DNA of 64,000 bases. It comes from Macrostomum lignano (taxonomy: Eukaryota). How positions within the stretch are numbered: position 1 is the first letter of the stretch; each line of letters starts with the position of its first letter. Of this stretch, positions 1 through 14,940 are shown piece after piece. A program made the translations under genes and the position numbers. The stretch is taken from NCBI GenBank assembly GCA_002269645.1, contig NIVC01001888.1:1-64000 (forward strand). Direction: 5' to 3'. The notes below the pieces were generated by a model, which was not told the DNA's origin, did no database searches, and saw only the letters and a program-made list of their open reading frames with translations.

Positions 1-98
1 GTCTCTCACCTGTCTCTCACCCTGTCTCTCACCCTGTCTCTCACCCAGTCTCTCAGCTTGTCTCTCACCAGTCTCTCAGCTTGTCTCTCACCCTGTCT
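1..98. repeat. 12-bp satellite (TGTCTCTCACCC and variants), left flank of the retrotransposon; continues off the window
   Basis: Same unit and variants (AGTCTCTCAGCT, TGTCTCTCACC) as the 5999-8078 array. Confidence 0.95.
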
Positions 99-192
99 TG
101 ACTTACTGACTTAGCTGCAGGGCTGTCCGGAGGGGACACAGCGGGAAGGCGCGGGCGCCCATTCCGCTAGTCCCTGAACGGCCGACGCGTCG

Positions 193-3100
193 CTATGGAC
201 GGAGGGTTGGCGCCGCCCAGGGAGGTCCCCCAGTGTCGCCAGCAGCTATGGTGCTCTCTGGAAAGGAGAGTTCAGCCCTGCGGGTGGCCCGAAGGTAGCG
301 CATGAGCTGATTAAAGTTTTCGGGTTTGCACGCTTCAGTAATAGATGTGTGTGGCCCGAGGTAAGTGAGTCTGGCCCGCGTGAAGGCGGGACAGATGCTG
401 ACGAAATGCTCAGCGGTTTCGTCACCTGAGTTGCAGAAACTACAGGTGGCGTTGGTGGCGTTGCCCTGCAGGTACTGGTGCCTGGAGAAGCAGCCGTGAC
501 CAGAGAGGGTCATGGTGGCAGCCCGGATGTCTCTGCGCGAGAGGCGCAAGAGGAGCTTCCGGAGCTGGTGAGAGGGCTGAGGGACAGCGCCTCTGGATTG
601 CCTGCAGTTCGTGCGGTTCGCCCAAGTCGAGCGGTGCTGAGTCCTGATCCACGCTTTGATGCGCGAGTCGATGACACAGCCAGGAATCGGGACAAGAGGT
701 TCGGGGCCGAGAGAGGAGCCGGAGGCACCAACTTTTGCAAGGGTGTCAGCCAACTCATTTCCTCGGATCCCCACATGCCCCGGAACCCACTTAAGGGTAA
801 TTTTGTTGGCGGAACCCAACACATTGAGGAGTTTGATACAGTCAAGGACTGTAGCAGAGTTGGTGCTGCAGCCACTGATGGCGTGCAAGGCAGCTTGGCT
901 GTCCGAATGGAAAATGATGTTCTTACCAGTAACGCCAGTGGCGAGAAGCTCTGCAGTGCAGGAGCTGATGGCCAGAACTTCATTTTGGAAAACACTGGAG
1001 TTGACCCCAGTGTATTGAGCGTGGGTAGCGATGACCCTCCCGTTCAGAAAGATTCCAACACCAAAGCCGGTGTTGGCTGACTGCTTAGAACCGTCGGTGT
1101 AGCAATGAAGCTCACCAGGGTTCCAATGGTCATTGATGTTATCGCGCGAGTCGATAGCTACGGAGTAGCGCTGTCTCAGGTTGAGCGTTGAGGCAATGCC
1201 ATCGGTGAAGACGCGATTGGCCTGACACTCGTTGAGAAAGTTGAGGCACAGATCGCTATGCGGGACAAGGTTCCGCTTAGCAGGTGCTCTCATGTAAATG
1301 AATTTGACGCCGGCATCAATTAGACGCCGCGTCGTTCTAGCCGCCTCACCCCTGATGAAGAGGTCAAGAGGCGGAAGATTAAGAAAGGCCCCCATGCCAG
1401 CAAAGGGCGTGGACCTGGTGGCGTTGCAGATGAGCCTACACGCTCTGCCTTGGATCGTGTTGAGCAGGTCTGCATGGCTTTTGACCTGGGTAGCGCTAAC
1501 CCAGACAACAGAGGCGTACGTAATGGCAGGTCTAACTACGGAAGTATAGATCCACCAAAGCCGCTTTGGGGATAGACCCCAAGAAGTGCCAAGTGCTCGT
1601 CGGAGCTGGGCCAGGATGGCTGAGGCACGCTTAGCTTTTGCTTTCACGTGGAAGGACCAGTTGAGCCGGTGGTCAAGTGTGACCCCGAGACATCTGGTCT
1701 GGTGCGCGAAGGCAATATCTCTGCCGTAGAGCTGCAGAGGACGTATGTTCCAGCGTAGTCTGCTGGTAAACATAATGGCAACGGTTTTGGGCTCAGAGAG
1801 TTCCAAACCATTGTCATTGGCCCAGGATTCTGCTTTGCGGATAAAGCTCTGCATCAGATCCCTGAGCGTGCTGGGAGACGGTCCTGCCACAATGGCCGTG
1901 ACGTCATCAGCATACCCGACTTTGAAGACGGGGTCAGGTCGGGAGTCACTCAGAAGAGCGTCCATGACCAGGTTCCAGAGCGTCGGGGTGAGGACTCCGC
2001 CTTGGGGTCCACCCTTACAGACTCTGGTGGAGGCAGTTTGCCCAAGAAGTTGGGCAGTGACCGTACGGTTGGAGATCATGTACATGATCCACCGTATGAG
2101 GGTAGCATGAGCTTTGCGATTTTGAAGGGCCCTCTGAAACGCTTCAAAGATAACGTTGTCGAAGGCGCCAACAATGTCAAGAAAGAGAGCCAGGGCGTAA
2201 CCGTCACCCAGTACCGCCCGTTCAATCTTTTCGACAATCGCATGCAGGGCGCTGTCAGTCGACCTCCCGGTACGGAAGGCGTGCTGATTATTGCTGAGGG
2301 GCATCGCTGTCAGCTCGCAGGAGAGCAGCCGCCAGAGAATAAGCCTCTCAGTGAGCTTAAGCATTGCTGACGTTAAGCTAATTGGCCGGAAGGCCTTGAC
2401 GCTTTGGTAGTCACCCTTCCCAGGTTTGGGAATAAAGACTACTCGAGCTTCAGTCCAGCTTTTGGGAACGTATCCCAGCTGGATAGAGGCCCGCATAAGA
2501 TTGCGGGTGAGTCTCAGGAACGAGGGTATCTTGGCTGCTTCACGAAGGAGAACAGGGTAGATACCATCAGGTCCAGGAGATTTGAAGGGTTTGAAGGTTC
2601 TGACCGCACGAGCGATTAGGTCTTCAGTGACAATGCCCGCCGCTAGGGTGGCTCCATCCATCGAATGGTTGGGCTCCGGTCTAGCAGTAGGTACCCTCGG
2701 GAAGAATGTGCTAAGCATATGCTGAAGCACTTCTTCAGGGTCTTTAGTAAGAGAGCCATCATCTTTTTTGATCATGGCTAATTTGGACATTTTGTCCATT
2801 GTAAGGGCCTTGACAAGCCTAGAAGTAGGTCTGTCTTGATCCAATTCATTGCAGAATTGGCGCCACTTACATTCCTTGGCCTTGCGCACTTCAGATTTGA
2901 AATTGCGGGAGGCTTGCCGGAAAAGCTCCATGTCCTCCGGGTTTCCGGTCTTCATGGCACGGCGATGAAGGCTTTTGGCCTTCCGCCTGAGTTTCCCCAG
3001 CTCCGGGTTCCACCACGGCGCCGAGGTCTTGCCTCTGTAGGCGCGAGCAGGACAAGCCGCTTCGTAGGCTGCAATAATGCAACCTGTCAGCGTCTCAGCC

Positions 3101-3933
3101 ATATGATCCACATCCTCGCAGGTCTCAATCGGACGTAAGTCCGTGAGTTCCTGCAGGTGCAGATCAAGGGCAGCCTTGTAGGCCGCCCAATCAGTGTTGC
3201 GGATATTGCGTCTCCAAGTGATCGGAGACTGGGTTTTAGTGTCCGCGATATTAAAGGCGATAAAGCAGTGGTCAGACAGGGAGGGCTCCTCAGACCAGAC
3301 TCTCCACTCCTTGACTCTGTCAAAGAGTCTTGGGGTAACGAGTGTGGCGTCGAGGACCTCGGTCCATCTGCCATTATTAAAGGTAGGAGTGCTGCCGCGG
3401 TTGCAGAGCATGAGGTTTGTGTTAGAGATGAGGGCCAGAAGCTCCTCTCCTCTAGTGTTGGTATCTTTGCTGCCCCAGTGCTTGTGGTGCGCGTTGAGGT
3501 CGCCCCCTAAGCACAGCTCAGCGTTCTGGGACTCGCAGTACTGCGCAAGGCGCAGTAAACTCTCGGGAGCAGGGTCTCTGTCGCCTGGGATATAAACCGA
3601 GGCAACAAGACACGTACGCGGAGAGAAATGATTAGATTGGATGACGCAAAGGTCTCCATCAGAGAGATCAGTCCTCAGCCAAGCCTGGAGATGGCTAGCA
3701 GCGAGGATAGCCGCTCTAGGGCGGCTGTTCCCCGGGCCACACACATAAAAATCAGAGTAGCCAGAGGGAATGTTGGGCAACTTACCGTTGCGCATCCAGG
3801 GTTCCTGGATCAGGATGAGGCCTGGCCTGTACAGCTCAGCAATCTTCATCAGATTTACTGACGCAGATACGCAATGCTGTAAATTTATTTGCAGACAGAA
3901 TGTCGCTCCTTTGGCAGCGTGGAGCTTAGTCAT
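193..3933 (-). CDS. LINE ORF2 polyprotein, 1246 aa: APE endonuclease, reverse transcriptase, RNase H, C-terminal CCHC knuckle
   Basis: APE motifs QINLQH, IQEPW, GDLNAHH, SLSDH. RT motifs KSPGPDGI, FRPISL, PQGGVLTP, YADD. RNase H motifs YTDGSK, QNEV, SDSQAAL, WVPGHVGIRGNELAD. CSFC-x8-H-x4-C knuckle. ATG at 3933, no stops. Confidence 0.96.
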   Translation of the reverse strand: MTKLHAAKGATFCLQINLQHCVSASVNLMKIAELYRPGLILIQEPWMRNGKLPNIPSGYSDFYVCGPGNSRPRAAILAASHLQAWLRTDLSDGDLCVIQSNHFSPRTCLVASVYIPGDRDPAPESLLRLAQYCESQNAELCLGGDLNAHHKHWGSKDTNTRGEELLALISNTNLMLCNRGSTPTFNNGRWTEVLDATLVTPRLFDRVKEWRVWSEEPSLSDHCFIAFNIADTKTQSPITWRRNIRNTDWAAYKAALDLHLQELTDLRPIETCEDVDHMAETLTGCIIAAYEAACPARAYRGKTSAPWWNPELGKLRRKAKSLHRRAMKTGNPEDMELFRQASRNFKSEVRKAKECKWRQFCNELDQDRPTSRLVKALTMDKMSKLAMIKKDDGSLTKDPEEVLQHMLSTFFPRVPTARPEPNHSMDGATLAAGIVTEDLIARAVRTFKPFKSPGPDGIYPVLLREAAKIPSFLRLTRNLMRASIQLGYVPKSWTEARVVFIPKPGKGDYQSVKAFRPISLTSAMLKLTERLILWRLLSCELTAMPLSNNQHAFRTGRSTDSALHAIVEKIERAVLGDGYALALFLDIVGAFDNVIFEAFQRALQNRKAHATLIRWIMYMISNRTVTAQLLGQTASTRVCKGGPQGGVLTPTLWNLVMDALLSDSRPDPVFKVGYADDVTAIVAGPSPSTLRDLMQSFIRKAESWANDNGLELSEPKTVAIMFTSRLRWNIRPLQLYGRDIAFAHQTRCLGVTLDHRLNWSFHVKAKAKRASAILAQLRRALGTSWGLSPKRLWWIYTSVVRPAITYASVVWVSATQVKSHADLLNTIQGRACRLICNATRSTPFAGMGAFLNLPPLDLFIRGEAARTTRRLIDAGVKFIYMRAPAKRNLVPHSDLCLNFLNECQANRVFTDGIASTLNLRQRYSVAIDSRDNINDHWNPGELHCYTDGSKQSANTGFGVGIFLNGRVIATHAQYTGVNSSVFQNEVLAISSCTAELLATGVTGKNIIFHSDSQAALHAISGCSTNSATVLDCIKLLNVLGSANKITLKWVPGHVGIRGNELADTLAKVGASGSSLGPEPLVPIPGCVIDSRIKAWIRTQHRSTWANRTNCRQSRGAVPQPSHQLRKLLLRLSRRDIRAATMTLSGHGCFSRHQYLQGNATNATCSFCNSGDETAEHFVSICPAFTRARLTYLGPHTSITEACKPENFNQLMRYLRATRRAELSFPESTIAAGDTGGPPWAAPTLRP

Positions 3934-4270
3934 ACTGTATTAAATGCAATATCTGGCTAGAGCCCAGGGCATCAAGGAGACTTGGACAACAGATCGTCCT
4001 CGTCCCAGGCCGCTGGGGCTTGACTGGGAGATGGGAGTTGGTCGACGTCCATGGCCTCCTCACCCCACCGGCCCCCCAGCAGACTCCTCAGGCTCCGATG
4101 ACAGGATGGAGGAAGCTTCCTCACCTGCATCTTTACCTTCAGACCCCACCAAGGTGGCCGAGGAGAGCTCGGATTCCGAAGACCCGGCCTCGTCCTCAAC
4201 TCCTTCTCCGACTGGCAGGTTTGGTTCCCGGGGCTCGGCCGGAGCCGTTACCGCGGTCGCCGAACTGCTG

Positions 4271-5476
4271 CTAGCAGAGGGGCGAGATGCAGCTTTGGCT
4301 TTGGGATCGGCTTGCGCCTTTTCTTTGGGCCTTAGACTGCGCCCCGCTCTTGCCGGAGATGCCGGGGTTGGCAGTAGCCTTCCCTTTGGCAGACTTTCCT
4401 CGGCGCAACTTGAGCTTGAGGGCACCCAGCTGGAAAGAGGATCCATTAGGGTACCGACTCGCCCAAGTGCTGGAAAGGCCGAGGACAATTGAGTTGCCCG
4501 TCTCCCCCCTGCGGACTTTACGGTGATACACCAGTCCACTAGCAGGGAGGTCGGGGTTCAGACGCAGTAGGACCCGGCGAATAACGTCTGGTCCAGCTGC
4601 GGTGCTCTTAGCAGGGACGAAAACCACATAGGGTATCGTCTTTGGACGCTGGCCCTCGCGAAGAAAAAGAGCTCCGCCAAGGTCAGCATCCAAGGAGACC
4701 GTCGGTAGCCGCTGGAGCAGCCGCCGAGCGTCCTCCTCGCTGCTAGGAGCAATAAGAACGAATGTGCTTCGCAGCACCATCCGCTCAACGCCGATGGAGA
4801 TTCCCTCCTCGACAGTCAGCTCAATCAGATAGGAGTCAACAGCACTCCACACTTTTTGAAGCTGATCAGTGGTCCAGTCCTGGTCGCGACCTTGGATGAT
4901 CACTCCCGGGATTTTGGCCTTGGCCTTCGCCGCAAAGGTAGCTCCCGAAGGAACCTCCTTGTTGGCAGTGGCCATTTGTTGCGCCGTGGTTTCGGCCTCA
5001 GCAGCCGCGGCAGCAGCTCCAGGGAGCGCCGCCGCTGAACTACTGGAGCTTCCACCGGCCGGCCCGCCTGGTTGCCTTGGGACTCCAGTCGCTTCAGCAT
5101 CCATGGTGGACGCCGCCGCTTTGGCCCCCGCAGCTCCCTTCTTGGCCTGCCTTTTGGCGCGTTGTTTAGCGCGTTTGCGCTCAAGCCGAGCCCGCTGAGC
5201 TTCATCGGATCTGCCAGATTTGGCCGGTCCTTTAGGCTCAGAGCTCGCGGTTCCCTTAGATCCACCAGCGGAGCTGGCAGGTCTTAGGGTATTTTGAGTT
5301 TGGTAGCTCTGGTCGGATCTGCCAGCAGAGCCAGCCGGTCCTTCCTTTGCCACAGTTGAATCAGTCGGTTGGGATCTGCCAGCAGGGCCGGCCGGTCCTT
5401 CGGACTGAGGTTGGGGTTTAGAAGGGTCCCCATCCCTAGAAATAGCTTGTTTATCCATAGTCGGCTCGAAGGCCAT
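4271..5476 (-). CDS. LINE ORF1 (putative nucleic-acid chaperone), ~401 aa from the first ATG
   Basis: Upstream of ORF2 on the same strand. Low-complexity basic N-terminus (KRAKQRAKRQAKK) then a globular region. The ORF track starts at a GTG (5533); first ATG is 5476. No CCHC knuckle recognised. Confidence 0.75.
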   Translation of the reverse strand: MAFEPTMDKQAISRDGDPSKPQPQSEGPAGPAGRSQPTDSTVAKEGPAGSAGRSDQSYQTQNTLRPASSAGGSKGTASSEPKGPAKSGRSDEAQRARLERKRAKQRAKRQAKKGAAGAKAAASTMDAEATGVPRQPGGPAGGSSSSSAAALPGAAAAAAEAETTAQQMATANKEVPSGATFAAKAKAKIPGVIIQGRDQDWTTDQLQKVWSAVDSYLIELTVEEGISIGVERMVLRSTFVLIAPSSEEDARRLLQRLPTVSLDADLGGALFLREGQRPKTIPYVVFVPAKSTAAGPDVIRRVLLRLNPDLPASGLVYHRKVRRGETGNSIVLGLSSTWASRYPNGSSFQLGALKLKLRRGKSAKGKATANPGISGKSGAQSKAQRKGASRSQSQSCISPLC

Positions 5477-5998
5477 GATAAAAGGTTGGTGGGCTACCCT
5501 CAAAGGGGCGCGGTACCCACCCGGCCGCTCCACCTGACCGGGCAGTAGGCCAATAGCACCCTCAAGGCTGGCCCGACACCAGGAGGGGGACCGCTTGCGA
5601 CCGGACTACTCCCCGGCCTTCCAGCCCATCGGCACGGTCAACACCTTAGGCATTAGAGAGTACGTTGAGCAGTACCACGGCCTGCAGGTTGGCGAGCCAG
5701 ACCCGCATACCCAAATTCGGCCGAAGCCACTGGATAGGGTCGCCAGCGCCGGAGCCCAGTCTGTCCAGCAGCCCTAGGGACTGCCTTGAACACACGCGGG
5801 GACGAGTACCCTGGGTCGACTTGCGAGACAGCGTGGGGGGGGGGTCTGCGGCTGCCAGAGGCAAATAGAGGGTGCAGACCTCCCACCAGCCTTGACCTGC
5901 TGAAGATAGGGGCAGGCGTGAAGCATCGCAGACCTTAGCCCATGGGCCTAGTCTGTCTCATACTTCACTGGCATGCTGAATACGCCTTCGCGTGCCCA

Positions 5999-8078
5999 CT
6001 CACCCTGTCTCTCACCCAGTCTCTCAGCTTGTCTCTCACCCTGTCTCTCAGCTTGTCTCTCACCCTGTCTCTCACCTTGTCTCTCACCTGTCTCTCACCC
6101 TGTCTCTTACCCAGTCTCTCACCTGTCTCTCACCCTGTCTCTCACCCAGTCTCTCAGCTTGTCTCTCACCCTGTCTCTCAGCTTGTCTCTCACCCTGTCT
6201 CTCACCCTGTCTCTCACCCTGTCTCTCACCTGTCTCTCACCCTGTCTCTCACCCAGTCTCTCAGCTTGTCTCTCACCCTGTCTCTCACCCAGTCTCTCAG
6301 CTTGTCTCTCACCCTGTCTCTCAGCTTGTCTCTCACCCTGTCTCTCACCTTGTCTCTCACCTGTCTCTCACCCTGTCTCTCACCCTGTCTCTCAGCTTGT
6401 CTCTCACTTGTCTCTCACCTGTCTCTCACCCTGTCTCTCACCCTGTCTCTCAGCTTGTCTCTCACTTGTCTCTCACCTGTCTCTCACCCTGTCTCTTACC
6501 CAGTCTCTCACCTGTCTCTCACCCTGTCTCTCACCCAGTCTCTCAACTGTCTCTCACCCTGTCTCTCACCCTGTCTCTCAGCTTGTCTCTCACTTGTCTC
6601 TCACCTGTCTCTCACCCTGTCTCTCACCCTGTCTCTCACCCTGTCTCTCACCCTGTCTCTCACCCTGTCTCTCACCCTGTCTCTCACCTGTCTCTCACCC
6701 TGTCTCTCACCCAGTCTCTCAGCTTGTCTCTCACCCTGTCTCTTACCCAGTCTCTCAGCTTGTCTCTCACCCTGTCTCTCAGCTTGTCTCTCACCCTGTC
6801 TCTCAGCTTGTCTCTCACCCTGTCTCTCAGCTTGTCTCTCACCCTGTCTCTCAGCTTGTCTCTCACCCTGTCTCTCACCCTATCTCTCACCCTATCTCTC
6901 ACCCTATCTCTCACCCTGTCTCTCACCCAGTCTCTCAGCTTGTCTCTCACCTGTCTCTCACCTGTCTCTCACCCTGTCTCTCACCCTGTCTCTCAGCTTG
7001 TCTCTCACCCTGTCTCTCACCCTGTCTCTCACCCAGTCTCTCAGCTTGTCTCTCACCCTGTCTCTCAGCTTGTCTCTCACCCTGTCTCTCACCCTGTCTC
7101 TCACCCTGTCTCTCACCTGTCTCTCACCCTGTCTCTCACCCAGTCTCTCAGCTTGTCTCTCACCCTGTCTCTCACCCAGTCTCTCAGCTTGTCTCTCACC
7201 CTGTCTCTCAGCTTGTCTCTCACCCTGTCTCTCACCTTGTCTCTCACCTGTCTCTCACCCTGTCTCTCACCCTGTCTCTCAGCTTGTCTCTCACTTGTCT
7301 CTCACCTGTCTCTCACCCTGTCTCTCACCCTGTCTCTCAGCTTGTCTCTCACTTGTCTCTCACCTGTCTCTCACCCTGTCTCTTACCCAGTCTCTCACCT
7401 GTCTCTCACCCTGTCTCTCACCCAGTCTCTCAACTGTCTCTCACCCTGTCTCTCACCCTGTCTCTCAGCTTGTCTCTCACTTGTCTCTCACCTGTCTCTC
7501 ACCCTGTCTCTCACCCTGTCTCTCACCCTGTCTCTCACCCTGTCTCTCACCCTGTCTCTCACCCTGTCTCTCACCTGTCTCTCACCCTGTCTCTCACCCA
7601 GTCTCTCAGCTTGTCTCTCACCCTGTCTCTTACCCAGTCTCTCAGCTTGTCTCTCACCCTGTCTCTCAGCTTGTCTCTCACCCTGTCTCTCAGCTTGTCT
7701 CTCACCCTGTCTCTCAGCTTGTCTCTCACCCTGTCTCTCAGCTTGTCTCTCACCCTGTCTCTCACCCTATCTCTCACCCTATCTCTCACCCTATCTCTCA
7801 CCCTGTCTCTCACCCAGTCTCTCAGCTTGTCTCTCACCTGTCTCTCACCTGTCTCTCACCCTGTCTCTCACCCTGTCTCTCAGCTTGTCTCTCACCCTGT
7901 CTCTCACCCTGTCTCTCACCCTGTCTCTCAGCTTGTCTCTCACCCTGTCTCTCACCCTATCTCTCACCCTATCTCTCACCCTATCTCTCACCCTGTCTCT
8001 CACGCAGTCTCTCACCCTATCTCTCACTCTGTCTCTCACCCTATCTCTCACTCTGTCTCCCACCCAGTCTCTCACCCA
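5999..8078. repeat. 12-bp satellite array with an ~887-bp internal higher-order duplication
   Basis: TGTCTCTCACCC units. Identical ORF-track segments at 6684-6950 and 7571-7837 give the 887-bp offset. Confidence 0.95.
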
Positions 8079-9201
8079 GGCCTTATACCTGGATTAAAAA
8101 ATTTAAAATCAACACACTCGTAAGTAAAAACGTCACTTCAGTCAGGCAGAAACTTGCAAAAAGAATTATTTTATAAAAAAATTTTCCCAGGTGCAACTGA
8201 GAGCGCAGCTGTAGCGACTGCTTACCTGTGTCCCCTATTCACTTTTCAGCCCTTTACCCAGCCGCAAACCTCGCCGTGCAAGGCCTTCTAAAAGCAATAG
8301 GGTCATTGCTAGCAGCTGCTGCGCTGTGCCCTGCATTCGCCCTCCCGAAGCAGGCGTGGCTGCTCAAAGCGAGATCAATAGGAGCCAGGCAATGCAGTTC
8401 GCCCACTTAGCGCTCTCGATTTCACTTTCAAAGCTTAAAGGCGGTGAAGTGAAACCAAAAACTCTTGCAACAACTCCAGCAGTTTCTCTGGCGCTTATTT
8501 CCCCATGGCAACCTGGCGCCAGGGCTGTAAAAGTTGTGATTTCACAATGCTAAAATGCGTGCTTTCTGAACGCATTCCGAACTGGCTTGTAGTTCTGGCA
8601 TTTGGCAATGCAACCATGGACGCCCTGGTACAACCTTGGGGGTTGGCCATCACGGGTGTGAATAGCACGACAAGCCCCAAATGAAGGAGCCGAATCCGTA
8701 TGCGCGCTATTACAAGTATTACAAGAGTCACATGAGCACACTGGAGTTACAGAGAAGCTCAGTAAGTTTACAGAGGCTTTTATACCGACTGCCAGGCAAT
8801 CCAAAGTAATTCTAATGCGCTGCAATACAAGTGCATATATATATATGCGTATTTCACAACTCGCGACTCCGTCGTTGCCACAAAATACACAGGCCGCTCA
8901 CCAACCGATGGCGGCGACCTTCGTCTCTCTCGCTCTCTGTCTCGACTCCAAATAAAAACGATCCGCCCGCATCCGGTCCAGCGGCATCCCGCAGCTCCCA
9001 TCCGCCCCCGGGGCTTTCAGATTAGGGAGATGAAATGCGAGCCGTCTGCTGCACTCAATGCAGGCCCTGCGGGGGGTCGCGCCCGGCTCTTGATAGCTAT
9101 GGAGCATGGCGTGCGCTGTGCCAGCTGAGTCGCTCCACATCCTCCTCTGCTCCCCCACTCGCGACAAGCATAGCCAAGGGGGGCTGGCGTTCCATTGCGA
9201 A

Positions 9202-12764
<3,563 letters not shown>

Positions 12765-13186
12765 CAAGTTTCCTTGTCTAGATGCCCAGCAGTGCAACAC
12801 GAGAAAGCAACGACAGGCTGCATAATGTAAAAGGAGACCGCGGTGCTGCAGGGATAAATTAATTTGCATAAAATTAGCTATCAGAAGAGAGATGATCAGC
12901 TTCCAATCTCGTGTCCTCACATGGAAGCAGGACAGTTGACAGACCGATGCGAGCTATGAGAAGCATTTCCAGCAGTTAAAGTACATTTCATTAGAAATAT
13001 TTAACAGCTTAATATAGCTCGTAGTTTAGGTGTCCAGTCTAGTTGATGCAGACTATGCTACTGAATCCGAAAAACTAGTAGTAAATAGCGGACTTCAATG
13101 CACTGCAGCCTTCAACTACGAGTATATAGTCTATAGATTTGTAATATCATGTCCGTTTTAATAGCTGAATGGTGAATTCGCAAACT

Positions 13187-13812
13187 AGAGAGGAGAGAGG
13201 AAAGAGGAGAGAGGGAAGTGGAGAAAGGAGCGGAGAGAGGAGAGGAGAGAGGAGAGGGGAGAGAGGAGAGGAGAGAGGAGAGAGGAGAGTGGAGAAAGGA
13301 GCGGAGAGAGGAGAGGAGAGAGGAGAGAGGAGAGGAGAGAGGAGAGTGGAGAGTGGAGAAAGGAGCAGAGAGAGGAGAGGAGAGAGGAGGGAGGATATAA
13401 GAGAGGAGGGGAGAGGAGAGGAGAAAGGAGAGGGGAGAGGAGAGAGGTGAGAAGAGAGGAGAGTGGAGAAAGGAGCGGAGAGAGGAGAGGAGAGAGGAGA
13501 GGGAGAGGAGAGAGGTGAGAAGAGAGTAGAGTGGAGAAAGGAGCGGAGAGAGGAGAGGAGAGAGGAGAGAGGAGAGGAGAGAGGAGAGGGAGAGGAGAGA
13601 GGTGAGGAGAGAGGAGAGTGGAGAGTGGAGAAAGGAGCGGAGAGAGGAAAGGAGGGTAGGGAGAGGAGAGGAGCGTAGGGAGAGGAGAGGAGGGTAGGGA
13701 GAGGAAAGGAGGGTAGGGAGAGGAAAGGAGGGTAGGGAGAGGAGAGGAGTGTAGGGAGAGGAGAGGAGGGTAGGGAGAGGAGAGGAGGGAAGGGAGAGGA
13801 GAGAGAAGAGAA
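13187..13812. repeat. Polypurine GAGAG/GGAGA low-complexity tract
   Basis: Almost pure G/A on the + strand with recurring GGAGAAAGGAGCGGAGA blocks. Confidence 0.9.
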
Positions 13813-14180
13813 GCACACTGTCAACTGCACTCACAACAATCAGCTTTCATTACCGTATGAAACGAGAAACGGCAGTATTATTAAATTATCGACTGTTATT
13901 TTCATTTTATGTTTCTCTCACTTGCTGGCGAAGCTGCAAGCCTGCAATCTGTGTAGCGAGTCGAGCAGCTCTGGGTGGAACAGAACAAAATGCTTGTAGC
14001 GTTCTGCTAGTCAAGCCAGCAGGCCACGCAGCCAGCAGATCAAGTAGCTATTCGAATTTCTGCTTGTTCAAGAAGCCCCTGCTGCAGCCAAACTGTGCAT
14101 TGCGACGTCAAGGAGATTTAAATACAGAATTTAGAGTGAAAAAAATTTCAAAAACTTTTAAGCACGTCTCAGAACATCTC

Positions 14181-14940
14181 AGACAGGGTGAGAGACAGGG
14201 TGAGAGACAGGGTGACAGACAGGGTGAGAGACAGGGTGAGAGACAGGGTGACAGACAGGATGAGAGGACAGGGTGAGAGACAGGGTGACAGACAGGGTGA
14301 GAGACAGGGTGACAGACAGGGTGAGAGACAGGGTGAGAGACAGGGTGAGAGGACAGGGTGAGAGGCAGGGTGAGAGACAGGGTGAGAGACAGGGTGAGAG
14401 ACAGGGTTAGGGACAGGGTGAGAGACAGGGTGAGAGACAGGGTGAGAGACAGGGTGAGAGGACAGGGTGAGAGGCAGGGTGAGAGACAGGGTGAGAGACA
14501 GGGTGAGAGACAGGGTGAGAGACAGGGTGAGAGATAGGTGTGAGAGACAGGGTGAGAGACAGGGTGAGAGACAGGGTGAGAGATAGGGTGAGAGACAGGG
14601 TAAGAGGCAGGGTGAGAGACAGGTGAGAGACAGGGTGAGAGACAGGGTGAGAGAGAGGGTGACAGACAGGGTGAGAGACAGGGTGAGAGATAGGTGTGAG
14701 AGACAGGGTGAGAGACAGGGTGAGAGACAGGGTGAGAGGACAGGGTGAGAGACAGGGTGAGAGGCAGGGTGAGAGACAGGGTGAGAGACAGGGTGAGAGA
14801 CAGGGTGAGAGACAGAGTGAGAGATAGGTGTGAGAGACAGGGTGAGAGACAGGGTGAGAGACAGGGTGAGAGATAGGGTGAGAGACAGGGGGACAGACAG
14901 GGTGAGAGGCAGGAGTGAGAGGCTGGGTGAGACAGATAGA
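14181..14940. repeat. 12-bp satellite (AGAGACAGGGTG), same family as 1-8078 but inverted
   Basis: Unit is the reverse complement of CACCCTGTCTCT. Confidence 0.92.

Larger units (their letters stand above)
99..5998 (-). mobile_element. Full-length non-LTR retrotransposon (LINE), R1/LOA-like with RNase H
   Basis: Two ORFs on the minus strand, ~520 bp 5' UTR and short 3' UTR ending in a TAAGTCAG-TAAGTCA tail. Flanked on both sides by CTCACCCTGTCT (87-98 and 5999-6010). Clade assignment is from domain order only. Confidence 0.9.

Noticed and set aside
440-5287. Antisense and overlapping ORFs within the LINE (e.g. 478-1080, 3944-4492, 4869-5198)
   Set aside because: Expected shadows of GC-rich coding sequence; no recognisable motifs.
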